From a virus, in IMG/VR virus record IMGVR_UViG_3300024520_000018: DNA of 41,657 bases; one strand, written 5' to 3'. The position numbers were made by a program, and so were the translations under genes. How positions within the stretch are numbered: the first letter of the stretch is position 1; each line of letters begins with the position of its first letter. The notes beneath the pieces are model-generated. The model had not been told where the DNA came from. It saw only the letters and a program-made list of their open reading frames with translations, and made no database searches. Of this stretch, positions 40,410 through 41,657 are shown in pieces.

Positions 40410-40625
40410 TTAGGAATAAGATTCAATTATTTTTTTAATTTTATATTCTACGTAGGAAACGTGTTTTTTATACCATTCTTCAAAATCTTCTTTACATAAA
40501 TTATCTTTATTTTCTTCATGTTCTTCTTCACTTGAAAAAACTAATTCAGATAATTGATTTATTGTATCTTTTAACCTTTCTTTATATACTCTATCGTAGT
40601 GTTGGTCGTAAAATAGTTTACTCAT
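40410..40625 (-). CDS. hypothetical early protein (71 aa)
   Basis: RBS TAGGAGGTATAATG. Acidic helical composition. Confidence 0.5.
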   Translation of the reverse strand: MSKLFYDQHYDRVYKERLKDTINQLSELVFSSEEEHEENKDNLCKEDFEEWYKKHVSYVEYKIKKIIESYS

Positions 40626-40689
40626 TATACCTCCTAGCCAATCCGAGTTTCTGTAAAATTCGTAAAATAATACCCAAGATAAAATACAT
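40618..40689 (-). CDS. 23-aa hydrophobic micro-ORF
   Basis: GGAGGTTATATG followed by MYFILGIILRILQKLGLARRYNE. Its stop overlaps the next ATG. Confidence 0.25.
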   Translation of the reverse strand: MYFILGIILRILQKLGLARRYNE

Positions 40690-40697
40690 ATAACCTC

Positions 40698-40778
40698 CTA
40701 TTTATGATATTTAATAGAGTAGACAATAGCGGAAACAAAGGCAAAAACAAGTATTAACCATATTGTTAAATATTCCAT
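40698..40778 (-). CDS. 26-aa hydrophobic micro-ORF
   Basis: GGAGGAATAATAAATG followed by MEYLTIWLILVFAFVSAIVYSIKYHK. Confidence 0.25.
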   Translation of the reverse strand: MEYLTIWLILVFAFVSAIVYSIKYHK

Positions 40779-40781
40779 TTA

Positions 40782-41180
40782 TTATTCCTCCATAAATAAT
40801 TTATCAAATTTTTTAACAAGTTTAACTAAATAATCGCCACTTGCATCTTTTATAGATTCATTCCTATACTTCCATTCCTCATGGTAAACGTGTAACCTTC
40901 CTAAGTATTTTTTTGTTGTTTGATACACTTCTACAAACACTTCCTCACAACAAGTTGCATACTCATACGCCTTATCAAAATCTTTCCCTTTGTACAGCAC
41001 TTCACATTCTGTAGGTTCAACAATTTGAATATATTTTCCTTCCTCCATTATTAATTTTAAAAAAATGTATAAATCATTAAAGCCTTCTACTTTGTTCGGA
41101 ATAAAATTTTTAATAAATTGCATTTTTTCTTCTATCGTAAGTCCTATCTTTAAATCTTCTGTAATTTCATTAGTTTGCAT
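40782..41180 (-). CDS. hypothetical early protein (132 aa)
   Basis: ORF in the early minus-strand chain. No family recognised. Confidence 0.5.
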   Translation of the reverse strand: MQTNEITEDLKIGLTIEEKMQFIKNFIPNKVEGFNDLYIFLKLIMEEGKYIQIVEPTECEVLYKGKDFDKAYEYATCCEEVFVEVYQTTKKYLGRLHVYHEEWKYRNESIKDASGDYLVKLVKKFDKLFMEE

Positions 41181-41398
41181 TTTGTATCCTCTGCTGTAAT
41201 AAGTGAATACTGATATTCCTCTATTTGTTCTAACTTCTTTTCAGTAATTTGATATATACTATGTTCTACCGTATAATCAATTCTATTTTGTACTTCCTCG
41301 TCAATCCATTGTTGCATCTCGTGCCACTCGTCAAAATATTTAACTGTAGGTTTAGGGTCAAGATAATCTATTGAATAAGAAACTTTATATCTTTTCAT
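41150..41398 (-). CDS. hypothetical early protein (82 aa)
   Basis: Overlaps both neighbours in the early chain. Confidence 0.5.
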   Translation of the reverse strand: MKRYKVSYSIDYLDPKPTVKYFDEWHEMQQWIDEEVQNRIDYTVEHSIYQITEKKLEQIEEYQYSLITAEDTKCKLMKLQKI

Positions 41399-41606
41399 TT
41401 ATACCCCCTACTATTTTTCTTGCTTTCTTTCTAAGTTTCGAAGGTATTGTGTTAATTACGAAAGTAGGCACATTATCAATTATCTTTATTTCTTGTTTAG
41501 TGTCTTTCTTTCTGTTGTCAAGTTCTTTTAAATTCTCTTTGAACTTTTCTGTTTCTTCTTTCTCAAGCCCTATTCCTATAATTTCTACTTTATCCCATAT
41601 TTCCAT
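41385..41606 (-). CDS. hypothetical early protein (73 aa), first gene of the minus arm, spans the closure repeat
   Basis: The ATG at 41606 (MEIWDKVEIIG...) is preceded by TAGGAGGCTTTAAA. The track start at 41654 has no RBS. Its 5' end is duplicated at 1-76. Confidence 0.5.
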   Translation of the reverse strand: MEIWDKVEIIGIGLEKEETEKFKENLKELDNRKKDTKQEIKIIDNVPTFVINTIPSKLRKKARKIVGGINEKI

Positions 41607-41657
41607 TTTAAAGCCTCCTATTAAAAGAAATAAATAATAATAATATTTATACATTAA
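41531..41657. repeat. Terminal direct repeat, copy 2 (identical to 1-127)
   Basis: Same comparison as for copy 1. Confidence 0.95.

Noticed and set aside
1-41657. tRNA, rRNA or CRISPR array anywhere in the window
   Set aside because: I found no regularly spaced direct repeats with unique spacers. Scanning by eye for GTTCGA/TTCGAAT-type T-arm motifs gave only hits inside well-supported coding regions. The few non-coding gaps (1176-1599, 33422-33687, 39210-39412, 40234-40409) show no cloverleaf-like arrangement. Without a tRNA scanner, short RNA genes cannot be fully excluded.

Overview
The window is a complete, circularly closing tailed dsDNA phage genome. Positions 1-127 are identical to 41531-41657, so the unique length is 41,530 bp. 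It is AT-rich.

Layout. Two transcription arms diverge from back-to-back sigma70-like promoters at the closure point (116-186).
- Plus arm (229-33421): two AT-rich early ORFs; a sugar epimerase and a DUF1599-like gene; terS; a terL split into two in-frame pieces; portal, scaffold-like and capsid genes; a 5.4-kb enzyme island; tail and tail-fibre genes; a Maf-like gene; three very large internal-virion-like ORFs; and a lysis cassette with overlapped spanins plus a metallophosphoesterase.
- Minus arm (41606 down to 33688): small acidic early ORFs, an ERF annealase, a nucleotide-sugar dehydrogenase, a Zn-finger/TOPRIM/helicase primase, a GT-A glycosyltransferase, an HTH protein and a nuclease-like protein.
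- The arms converge on a perfect 10-bp hairpin (33473-33497).

Not recognised: tRNA, rRNA, CRISPR array, integrase, DNA polymerase, tail sheath, tail tube or reverse transcriptase. The layout looks podovirus-like.

Host. Canonical TTGACA-N17-TATAAT promoters, GGAGG ribosome-binding sites and an overlapped i-/o-spanin pair point to a diderm host with a standard sigma70.

Main signal. The genome carries an unusually large glycan toolkit, and part of it is wired directly into the late virion operon.
- In or next to the virion operon: a SAM methyltransferase, a radical-SAM/SPASM enzyme, an SpsF/KdsB-type cytidylyltransferase, a GT2, a DAHP/KDO8P-synthase-like aldolase, and a Maf/DUF115-like (flagellin-type) protein glycosyltransferase immediately after a Ser/Thr-repeat tail fibre.
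- Elsewhere: a UDP-sugar 6-dehydrogenase, a UDP-glucuronate-4-epimerase-like SDR and a GT-A enzyme.
- My lead hypothesis is a phage-encoded pathway that makes a CMP-activated acidic (ulosonic-type) sugar and attaches it to virion proteins. This is inference from motifs read by eye, not a database result.

Other points worth a second look: the split terL, a primase interrupted at an A6 run, a phosphoesterase whose catalytic motif lies upstream of any usable start codon, a duplicated translation-initiation region heading two Pro-rich small proteins, and a 420-bp ORF-free region with repeats.
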